Shown here piece after piece: positions 57,068-64,000 of a stretch of 64,000 bases of DNA. The stretch is taken from assembly GCA_945881835.1 (NCBI GenBank), contig CAMCVP010000005.1:62948-126947 (forward strand), read 5' to 3'. The notes below the pieces were generated by a model. That model was given only the letters and a program-made list of their open reading frames with translations. It was not told where the DNA came from and searched no databases. Origin of the DNA: Chryseobacterium gleum. Its GTDB lineage: Bacteria; Bacteroidota; Bacteroidia; Flavobacteriales_D; Sanyastnellaceae. The position numbers were made by a program, and so were the translations under genes. How positions within the stretch are numbered: the first letter of the stretch is position 1; the number at the start of each line of letters is the position of its first letter.

Positions 57068-58072
57068 CTAGCTAAGCTTATCGGCTAGAATTCTCATTTC
57101 CACAGCAGGTGAAACTTTCTCGTAAAGTATTCTATAAACGGCATCGGCGATTGGAATATCGGCGTTGAATTTTTTGTTGATTTCATGAATACCGCGTGTT
57201 GCGTAATATCCTTCCGCAACCATATTCATTTCAATAGTTGCCCATTTCACACTGTAACCCTTTCCAACCATGGTTCCGAAGGTTCTGTTTCGTGAGTATG
57301 GAGAGTAAGCGGTAACCAATAAATCTCCTAAATAGGCAGAAGACTTTACGTCTCTATGCACTTCGTGAACTGAATCAATGAACCGTTCAATCTCACCGAT
57401 AGCGGCCGTTACAAGCACAGCCTGAAAATTATCTCCATAACCCAAACCGTGACAAATTCCAGATGCAACGGCATACACGTTTTTCAAAATTGCAGACAAC
57501 TCTGTCCCGAAAACATCTTCGGTTGTAGTGGTCTTAATGTACCGGCATTTCAACTGTTCAGCCATGTAATCGGCCTTCTCCAAATCGGAACACCCAACAG
57601 TTAAATAGGAGAGCTTTTCAAGCGCTACCTCTTCAGCATGACAAGGACCGCAAATGATTCCAATATTTTCATAAGGTACATTCCAACTTTTATGAAAGTA
57701 TCGAGCTGGAATGGCATCAAATTCATTAATCACACCTTTAATTGCCGAGAACAAAATCTTATTCTCTAAGCCCTTAACCTCTGCTTCCTGAAAAGCAGAG
57801 TGAACAAACGCAGACGGAATAGCTACAACGAGAATATCGCACGAATCAACCACTTCTTGGAGGTTCGAAGAAACATGAACTTTCTCCATATCGAATTCAA
57901 TGGCTTGAATGTAATTCGGATTGTGACCGAATTCTTGAATGTGCTTTACAGCCTCTTCATTGCGCATCCACCAATACACATGCTCCTGTGATTGACTCAA
58001 TAGTTTGGTTAAAGCCGTAGCCCAGCTACCACCACCTAAAACGCCAATAGTCTTCTTTCCTGAATCTGTCAT
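57068..58072 (-). CDS. gpsA: NAD(P)H-dependent glycerol-3-phosphate dehydrogenase
   Basis: Rossmann IGVLGGGSWATAL, plus EGYYAT and other GpsA blocks. I prefer the start at ATG 58072 because a -7 box lies 5 nt upstream. Confidence 0.9.
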   Translation of the reverse strand: MTDSGKKTIGVLGGGSWATALTKLLSQSQEHVYWWMRNEEAVKHIQEFGHNPNYIQAIEFDMEKVHVSSNLQEVVDSCDILVVAIPSAFVHSAFQEAEVKGLENKILFSAIKGVINEFDAIPARYFHKSWNVPYENIGIICGPCHAEEVALEKLSYLTVGCSDLEKADYMAEQLKCRYIKTTTTEDVFGTELSAILKNVYAVASGICHGLGYGDNFQAVLVTAAIGEIERFIDSVHEVHRDVKSSAYLGDLLVTAYSPYSRNRTFGTMVGKGYSVKWATIEMNMVAEGYYATRGIHEINKKFNADIPIADAVYRILYEKVSPAVEMRILADKLS

Positions 58073-58077
58073 GGGCG

Positions 58078-58085
58078 CAAAGATA
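58078..58085 (-). promoter_or_regulatory. Candidate -7 box (TATCTTTG) for gpsA
   Basis: Exact TAnnTTTG on the minus strand, ending 5 nt before ATG 58072. Confidence 0.4.
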
Positions 58086-58142
58086 ATCATTCTTATAAAC
58101 TGAGGTTTCCTTTGTAATTTGCAAGCATTGAAGATTAACCTT

Positions 58143-58907
58143 ATGGAAAAACTTAAAGCAATACTGGTCGACGATGAATTTTTCGCAAGAGAGAATTTAA
58201 AAATGTTGTTGGAAGAATTTGCGAGCGAAAATCTCGAATTAATCGGCGAAGCCTCTTCCGTAAAAGAAGCATTAGAGCTGTGTGAGAAAAATCAAATCGA
58301 CCTCGTTTTCCTGGACATTATGATGCCCGAAGCCGATGGCTTCGCGTTTTTAGAACAAGTTAAGGACAGAAGTTTTCAAGTCGTATTTACAACAGCCTTC
58401 CGTGAATACGCTGTAAAAGCCATTAAAGAAAATGCGTTAGACTATCTCGAAAAGCCTATCGATATTGAAGAATTAATAAATGTTGTTGCAAAAGCTGCCA
58501 AAAATCTTGAACAAAAAACAGGTTCAATAGACGAAGACAAAATCAATCGCGTACTTCAAGAAATTGCACTGCACAGCAACTTCGACAAGACCATTGTCCC
58601 CACTAGAGATGGATTTGTAATACTCCGAAACAACGAATTAATTCGATTGGAAGCCGACGAAAATTACACGACGTTGTATTGTGTGAATGGAAAGAAATAC
58701 GTGAGTAGTAAAAACATAAAATCGTTTGAAGAGAAATTAAATTCGCACATGTTCATGCGCGTGCACAAATCTCATATCGTTAACATTGCCTTCCATTTAA
58801 AAGAATTCAACCGGACGGAAGGCAACGTGGTAGTGCTTTCCAACGGTGACCATGTTCCTGTTTCAAGAAGAAAATTGCAAGAATTTTTAGACAAGATGCA
58901 AGAGTAA
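58143..58907 (+). CDS. LytTR-family two-component response regulator
   Basis: Receiver (ILVDDE, phospho-Asp context LVFLDIMMP) plus a LytTR DNA-binding domain (...MRVHKSHIVNI). The first ATG is 58143 (the track start is TTG). Confidence 0.9.
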   Translation: MEKLKAILVDDEFFARENLKMLLEEFASENLELIGEASSVKEALELCEKNQIDLVFLDIMMPEADGFAFLEQVKDRSFQVVFTTAFREYAVKAIKENALDYLEKPIDIEELINVVAKAAKNLEQKTGSIDEDKINRVLQEIALHSNFDKTIVPTRDGFVILRNNELIRLEADENYTTLYCVNGKKYVSSKNIKSFEEKLNSHMFMRVHKSHIVNIAFHLKEFNRTEGNVVVLSNGDHVPVSRRKLQEFLDKMQE

Positions 58908-61900
58908 TGAAGGGCATTCTCAAGTTCATATCGCTCGTGCTTTTCCTTGTGCCGCTAAATCTTTTTGGTCAGCAATATTCCTTCATTCAATACAGTTTGA
59001 AAGAGGGGCTTGCTCAAACGCAAGTGCGTTGCATTCAACAAGACAAGCAAGGGTATGTTTGGATCGGAACACTTGGCGGAGCTTCCAAATTCAATGGAAA
59101 TGAATTCGTTAATTTTAGTCGAACCGACGGTCTCATTAACAATCAGATTAACTGCATTCATCAGCTTCAAAACGAACAAATCGTTTTTGGTTCCATCGGT
59201 GGAATTTCTGTTTTAGATGGAAACACCTTTACCACGCACAAATATTCTGGAGAGCTCAACGACGCTTCTACAACTTCATTGGTTGAATACAACACAAATG
59301 AATTACTTATTGGAACGGAACGCGGGCTCATCTTCTTTTCAGAAAACAAATTCGTTGAAGACAACATCACACTTTTCTTTCAAGGAGAAAGCATCAAACG
59401 CATTCGAAAAAACAGCAACAACGAGTTGCTCGTTTCCACCAAAAAAGGAATATGGAAACTGAAAGACAATCAATGGCAGCAGATTTATGCTTTGAACGAC
59501 GAAGAAAATGTTCTCTTCGATTTTATTGAAAATTCAAAGCAAGAAATTTGGGCAGTTACTTCATTGGGCGGTGTGCTCAATGTGAATACTGGCCTGCCAC
59601 TCACAAACATTGGCGACTTCGCTTTGGCCAATATATTTACAGGAATTGACACGAACAACGGAAACATCTATTTCACCAGTAGAACGGGAGTTGTCCTATT
59701 CAATGAAGCAAACGGTAATCATTTGCTTTTTTCAAAATCGAACGGCTTAGCGGTCGACGATATTCGTCAAGTCTTCATTGACCGTGAAGGCATTCAGTGG
59801 TTCGCGAGTTATGGGGGTGGTATATTCAAACTTACCAATACACAGTTCAAAAGCTTCACCACAAACAATGGCTTAACGGGTAATGCCGTCATGAGCATTA
59901 CACAAGATTCACGAGGAAATTACTTCTTCGGCACCTACGACAACGGAATAAGCATCTTGTCTAATCCGACTGATAATTTTAATGCAAATTTCAATGCAGC
60001 ATTGCATGAGCTCTCTCCGAATCTACGTGTTTGGACTACCTTGAAAAGTTGGGGTTGGAAAGGAGGTATTTGGATTGGAACTCCCGAAGGACTTTATGAA
60101 TACGATTGTTGTTCATACGCCATGCCGCATTGGCTTCATTTCGGGAAAGAAGAAGGTTTAGAGGAAGAAGTCGTTCTTAGCCTACTTGAAAGAAGTGATG
60201 GTTCTTTGCTCATTGGAACCAACAAAGGAATTCAAGCTTATTCAAAAGAAAAGTTTCAAAGCTTTTCGCAATTGCCCAATTTCCCAGCAACCAGAATTCG
60301 ACATATGTTGGAGGCTAGCAATGGAAAAATATGGATGGCCACGCGCGACGGAATTTCACTCTTCCACAACAACACCTTTACGAATTTCGGTGAGGCGCAA
60401 GGTCTTCAAGACGCAAGTGCATACAGCATTGCGGAACTGCCAAATGGAGAGATCATCGCAGGAACACAATCGGGACTATACAAAGGAAACGAGAACGGTT
60501 TTGTTCGTGTAAACATTTCGAAAGAACCGGGAGGTAACACGGTGAACTTCTTGAAGGTGATTCAAAACAAACTTTGGATTGGAACGCTGAATGGCATTTT
60601 CATTTGGGAAATGAACCAAGCTGGAGGCCTCGGTGAGCGCATGATTCACCTCAATGAATCGGACGGATTAATTAGCCTCGAAACAAACTTAAACGCCATA
60701 TTCGTCGACCTGAAAAACACTGTGTGGGTTGGAACTCCAAACGGCGTCATGCATATTGAACTGAGCGCCATTGATGCGAAATTCAACATCCCCACTCCGC
60801 TTGTTCACCTTACAAATATTCAATCGAATCTGGAAAACATCGATTGGAAAACACTCACGTCAGAAACCTGGAACGGCAAGTCTTTTCCGAATGGACTTGA
60901 ATTCAATTACAGACAAAATTCATTTACGTTTTTCTTCGACGCTTCAAGCACCACCTATCCTGAAAGATTAGAATTCAGTTATTGGTTGGAAGGATTAGAC
61001 AGCACGTGGAGCAGCCCCACTTCCTTCTCTCAAGTGAACTTTAACAATCTTCCTTCGGGAAGTTATACGTTTCACATTCGTGCGCGCAATGGGGAATGGG
61101 GACAGTGGAGCGAAGAAGTGACTTGGCAGTTCCGTGTTTTACCGCCGTGGTACATGACCTGGTGGGCGATTCTCTTAGAGTTCATTTCCCTTTCAACAAT
61201 TGTCATTCTTATTTCGCGATCAAGAAGACGGAACATTCGCAACAAGCACTTAGCCGAGCAATCGGAAATGAAAGCGAAGCTACTCATGCTCGAGCAACAA
61301 AGCATGAATTCAAGCATGAACAGGCACTTTATTTTCAACGCCTTGAATTCCATTCAATACTACATCAACCGTCAAGATCGCCTGGCCGCGAATCAATACC
61401 TCACCGACTTCGCGAAATTGATTCGCAAAAATCTAGACAGTTCACAAGAAAACTTCGCGCCGCTCTCGGAAGAAATTGAACGATTGGAATTATACTTGAA
61501 ATTGGAAAGCATGCGCTTCCCAGACAAGTTCAAGTATCACATTCAACTCGACTCGCCAGAAGTTCTTCGGTCGGTTAAAATTCCAGCCATGCTAATTCAA
61601 CCCTTTTTGGAAAACTCCATTTGGCACGGTCTACTGCCTAAAGATTCCGGAGGCTTGTTGAATGTATTTTTCGGGTTGAAAAATGACTGCCTCGAAATTC
61701 GAATTGAAGACAATGGAATTGGACTTGCGGAAAGCCAAGCGCGGAAAACAACCAGCGACGGACATATTTCGAAAGGAATGGAAATTACCCGAAGCCGAAT
61801 AGCGCTCATTGAACAGATGACCGGCAAACACATTGAATTGATGGGTCCCGAGGACTGGAAATCGGAAAACGGAGAATCAGGAACGCGCGTCACCATTCAC

Positions 61901-61948
61901 TTCCCGAAAGATTTTCAGGAAATTTTCAATCAAGGCAACACTTTTTAG
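58907..61948 (+). CDS. Sensor histidine kinase: periplasmic two-component-regulator propeller repeats + Y_Y_Y-like domain + LytS-type kinase core
   Basis: Repeats of the type GYVWIGTLGGASKF / IWMATRDGISLF / LWIGTLNGIFIW. One TM helix (WWAILLEFISLSTIVILI). H-box NRHFIFNALNSIQYYI and N-box QPFLENSIWHG. The start overlaps the response-regulator stop (TAATG). Confidence 0.9.
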   Translation: MKGILKFISLVLFLVPLNLFGQQYSFIQYSLKEGLAQTQVRCIQQDKQGYVWIGTLGGASKFNGNEFVNFSRTDGLINNQINCIHQLQNEQIVFGSIGGISVLDGNTFTTHKYSGELNDASTTSLVEYNTNELLIGTERGLIFFSENKFVEDNITLFFQGESIKRIRKNSNNELLVSTKKGIWKLKDNQWQQIYALNDEENVLFDFIENSKQEIWAVTSLGGVLNVNTGLPLTNIGDFALANIFTGIDTNNGNIYFTSRTGVVLFNEANGNHLLFSKSNGLAVDDIRQVFIDREGIQWFASYGGGIFKLTNTQFKSFTTNNGLTGNAVMSITQDSRGNYFFGTYDNGISILSNPTDNFNANFNAALHELSPNLRVWTTLKSWGWKGGIWIGTPEGLYEYDCCSYAMPHWLHFGKEEGLEEEVVLSLLERSDGSLLIGTNKGIQAYSKEKFQSFSQLPNFPATRIRHMLEASNGKIWMATRDGISLFHNNTFTNFGEAQGLQDASAYSIAELPNGEIIAGTQSGLYKGNENGFVRVNISKEPGGNTVNFLKVIQNKLWIGTLNGIFIWEMNQAGGLGERMIHLNESDGLISLETNLNAIFVDLKNTVWVGTPNGVMHIELSAIDAKFNIPTPLVHLTNIQSNLENIDWKTLTSETWNGKSFPNGLEFNYRQNSFTFFFDASSTTYPERLEFSYWLEGLDSTWSSPTSFSQVNFNNLPSGSYTFHIRARNGEWGQWSEEVTWQFRVLPPWYMTWWAILLEFISLSTIVILISRSRRRNIRNKHLAEQSEMKAKLLMLEQQSMNSSMNRHFIFNALNSIQYYINRQDRLAANQYLTDFAKLIRKNLDSSQENFAPLSEEIERLELYLKLESMRFPDKFKYHIQLDSPEVLRSVKIPAMLIQPFLENSIWHGLLPKDSGGLLNVFFGLKNDCLEIRIEDNGIGLAESQARKTTSDGHISKGMEITRSRIALIEQMTGKHIELMGPEDWKSENGESGTRVTIHFPKDFQEIFNQGNTF

Positions 61949-61958
61949 AAGATTTCGT

Positions 61959-61966
61959 TACATTTG
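61959..61966 (+). promoter_or_regulatory. Candidate -7 box (TACATTTG) for the acidic lipoprotein gene
   Basis: Exact TAnnTTTG, 18 nt upstream of ATG 61985. This argues against the TTG start at 61964 used in the track. Confidence 0.4.
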
Positions 61967-61984
61967 TATAGACTTCGGTCCACT

Positions 61985-62272
61985 ATGAAAAAACTCAATT
62001 ACATAACGCTCCTATTTTTTGTTGCATTGGCATTTGCTTCGTGCAGCAAATCTGTTTGGATGGAAGAAGTTACTTCCGTTGGAACCGAGCGTTCTGTAAT
62101 CGTTGATAACACTGAGTTAAATACAGATAGTGACATCTTAGAAGAATCTTCTACTCCAAACAACAATCGTAATTCTGAAGGCGGTTCAGACATTACAGAT
62201 GATGAGGACGACGGTATTACCGACGACGAAGACGAAGACGATACCGACCAAACAGGCAAGAAGAAAAAATAA
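61985..62272 (+). CDS. Small, highly acidic lipoprotein
   Basis: MKKLNYITLLFFVALAFASC lipobox. The mature part is Asp/Glu/Ser/Thr-rich (DITDDEDDGITDDEDEDDTDQTG) and ends in KKKK. Confidence 0.6.
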   Translation: MKKLNYITLLFFVALAFASCSKSVWMEEVTSVGTERSVIVDNTELNTDSDILEESSTPNNNRNSEGGSDITDDEDDGITDDEDEDDTDQTGKKKK

Positions 62273-62330
62273 TTCTTCACTCCTCTCAAAAAACTTTTTT
62301 AACAATTTCAAATCTTGTGACATCACGAGA

Positions 62331-62338
62331 TAAGTTTG
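62331..62338 (+). promoter_or_regulatory. Candidate -7 box (TAAGTTTG) for dinB
   Basis: Exact TAnnTTTG, ending 4 nt before ATG 62343. Confidence 0.4.
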
Positions 62339-62342
62339 CTTT

Positions 62343-63563
62343 ATGTCACCTGAACGCTCAATTCTACATATGGATCTCGACACCTTTTTCGTGTCGGTAG
62401 AGCGTTTATTGGACAGTCGCCTCAACAACAGGCCTGTACTTATTGGCGGAACCAGTGATCGCGGCGTAGTGGCTTCGTGCAGCTACGAAGCGCGCAAATT
62501 CGGGGTGCATTCTGCCATGCCCATGCATATGGCGCGAAAGCTTTGTCCAGAAGCAGTGGTCATTAAAGGAAACTCCTACAACTACCTTAAGTATTCCGAC
62601 ATGGTGAGCGAAATGGTTCGCGAAGCTGTTCCTCTTTTCGAAAAAACGTCAATTGACGAATTCTACTGCGACCTTACGGGGCTCGATCGTTTTTTCGGAT
62701 GCTATCAGTTCGCTGGAGAATTGCGTCAGAATATTTTGAAGGAAATTGGCTTGCCCATTTCTTTCGGTTTGTCTTCGAGCAAAACCGTTTCGAAAGTGGC
62801 TACGGGCGAGGCCAAACCGAACAATCAGATTCGCATTGAAACCGGGACAGAGAAACCATTCCTGGCGCCTCTTTCCATTCGGAAGATTCCGATGGTTGGA
62901 GAAAAAACGCACCAACTCTTGGTGAACCTTGGCATTCGGAAAATTCAGACCTTACAAGAAATGCCGTTAGACGTTATGTCGAAGGCCCTTGGTGAAAACG
63001 GAACCAGCATCTGGAAAAAAGCCAACGCCATAGACCCCTCACCCGTTGTGCCTTTCCAAGAACGGAAGTCTATTTCTACAGAGAGAACATTCGATCAAGA
63101 CACCATAGACGTGCATAAGCTGCGCGGGCTCTTAATTGCCATGACCGAGAACTTGGCGTTCCAATTAAGGAAGGGAGAAAAGCTTACTTCGTGTGTTACG
63201 GTGAAGTTACGTTACTCTGACTTCCAAACGGAAACCATGCAATGCCGCATTCCTTATACTTCGGCAGACCACATTCTTATTCCGAAAATACTCGAGCTCT
63301 TCGAAAAACTTTACTCGCGAAGGGTGCTCATACGCCTCATTGGCGTTCGCTTCAGCCATTTGGTTTCGGGCGGATACCAGATTAATTTGTTCGACGACAA
63401 CGAAGAGCAGATAAGCTTGTACACTGCCATGGACGAACTGCGAAAAAAATTCGGAGACCGTGCCGTTATGAAAGCCGCGGGTATTGAAGCTCGCAGCATT
63501 GGCCGCGGCGAAAATCCTTTCGACGGAGGTCCGCCCGTTCTTCTCGCAAATAGGCGTCAGTAA
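62343..63563 (+). CDS. dinB: DNA polymerase IV (Y-family)
   Basis: ILHMDLDTFFVSVE, SIDEFYCDLTG and SSSKTVSKVATGEAKPN are canonical Y-family motifs. Confidence 0.9.
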   Translation: MSPERSILHMDLDTFFVSVERLLDSRLNNRPVLIGGTSDRGVVASCSYEARKFGVHSAMPMHMARKLCPEAVVIKGNSYNYLKYSDMVSEMVREAVPLFEKTSIDEFYCDLTGLDRFFGCYQFAGELRQNILKEIGLPISFGLSSSKTVSKVATGEAKPNNQIRIETGTEKPFLAPLSIRKIPMVGEKTHQLLVNLGIRKIQTLQEMPLDVMSKALGENGTSIWKKANAIDPSPVVPFQERKSISTERTFDQDTIDVHKLRGLLIAMTENLAFQLRKGEKLTSCVTVKLRYSDFQTETMQCRIPYTSADHILIPKILELFEKLYSRRVLIRLIGVRFSHLVSGGYQINLFDDNEEQISLYTAMDELRKKFGDRAVMKAAGIEARSIGRGENPFDGGPPVLLANRRQ

Positions 63564-63580
63564 GCATTACCTTTGCACCC

Positions 63581-64000
63581 ATGCAGCTCTGGGAAAACGA
63601 ACACTTTACTTTTCTTCCTCCAAATTCGTCTGAACGTCAGGCCTACCTTGTTTGGGGAAGAAAAAGCGCGTTTATCCTAAACGAAAGTAATGCTTCCGAA
63701 ATAGCGCAATTGAATGATTGGTTGAAGGAAAAAACGCTACCTGTTTTCGGATATCTTTCGTTCGAAGCGAAAAAACTTTTTGAAAAAAACGCTTACGAGA
63801 ATTGTTGTTCAGACGGAAGTGAGCTCGTCTATTTCTTCGAGCCTGAGCACATTTGGAAGGAAGAGAACGGGACATGGATTTGCCTTACCGAAGAACAACC
63901 GAACGAACGTTCGGTAATCGAAGATTTTCTTTCCAACTACAAAAAAATAGAACCTTCGGCTCTTGACGAAAAACTTGTGTTCGAAATGCTCGAAACCAAG
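63581..64000 (+). CDS. 5-prime part of an ORF running off the window (possibly a chorismate-utilising enzyme such as PabB; weak)
   Basis: I translated from ATG 63581: MQLWENEHFTFLPPNSSERQAYLVWGRKSAFILNES...VFGYLSFEAKKLFEKN... It stays open for 140 codons to the window edge. The GYLSFE..K block resembles PabB/TrpE N-terminal regions. Confidence 0.45.
   Translation, partial: MQLWENEHFTFLPPNSSERQAYLVWGRKSAFILNESNASEIAQLNDWLKEKTLPVFGYLSFEAKKLFEKNAYENCCSDGSELVYFFEPEHIWKEENGTWICLTEEQPNERSVIEDFLSNYKKIEPSALDEKLVFEMLETK

Noticed and set aside
61999-62289. 96-aa Ser-rich ORF antisense to the acidic lipoprotein gene
   Set aside because: It is the mirror image of GAT/GAA/GAC-rich codons. The plus-strand ORF has a lipobox signal peptide and an upstream -7 box, whereas the antisense ORF has neither.
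1-64000. Mobile elements, prophage, defence islands, CRISPR arrays, tRNA/rRNA genes
   Set aside because: I looked at every intergenic gap (all under 150 nt) and every ORF product. I found no integrase, transposase or recombinase motifs, no inverted terminal repeats, no direct-repeat/spacer arrays and no cloverleaf-sized noncoding stretches. Composition also looks uniform by eye, but I did not compute it.

Overview
This 64-kb window is almost fully coding. It reads as core chromosome from a Bacteroidota bacterium, Flavobacteriia/Cytophagia-like; I cannot determine the genus by eye. The diagnostic content is a gliding/type IX secretion (T9SS) block at 19.3-27.4 kb (gldJ, a PorP/SprF-family gene, porU, porV), a 1295-aa secreted protein with a type-B T9SS C-terminal domain at 53.1-57.0 kb, and many exact TAnnTTTG boxes, the Bacteroidota sigma-A -7 element, just upstream of start codons. 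The rest is housekeeping. It includes translation genes (rluB, rplY, pth, rbfA, tyrS, tsaB) and nucleotide/central metabolism genes (prs, ndk, dut, icd, lysC, rocD, ispF, gpsA, methylmalonyl-CoA epimerase, enoyl-CoA hydratase). It also includes murF, a RelA/SpoT enzyme and dinB. There is a TolC plus membrane-fusion-protein pair, and an 8-gene haem-copper oxidase accessory operon (ctaB, two subunit-III paralogues, subunit IV, two Sco-like genes, DUF420, a small CxxC protein). A LytTR response regulator and propeller-type histidine kinase pair is present. So are a GGGP-synthase homologue coupled to 3-hydroxyanthranilate dioxygenase, and a nucleotidyltransferase/TPR/DUF4292/EnvC-like envelope module. 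I saw no rRNA, tRNA, CRISPR array, transposase/integrase, phage genes or recognisable defence genes, and every intergenic gap is under 150 nt. I therefore do not see a convincing self-contained novel system. The best leads are all modest. (1) A DUF2723/TMEM260-like GT-C membrane protein is co-transcribed with a membrane-tethered radical SAM/SPASM enzyme that has no precursor peptide. (2) The oxidase operon holds a degenerate Sco paralogue, a CxxC miniprotein and large insertions in both subunit-III paralogues. (3) A PorP/SprF-family gene sits between gldJ and porU, while the type-B cargo gene has no adjacent partner. (4) A pump-less TolC/MFP pair is translationally coupled to tsaB and a Rieske-like lipoprotein. 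(5) Several -7 boxes lie so close to the ATG that the transcripts would be leaderless. All family assignments come from motif recognition by eye; no searches were run.
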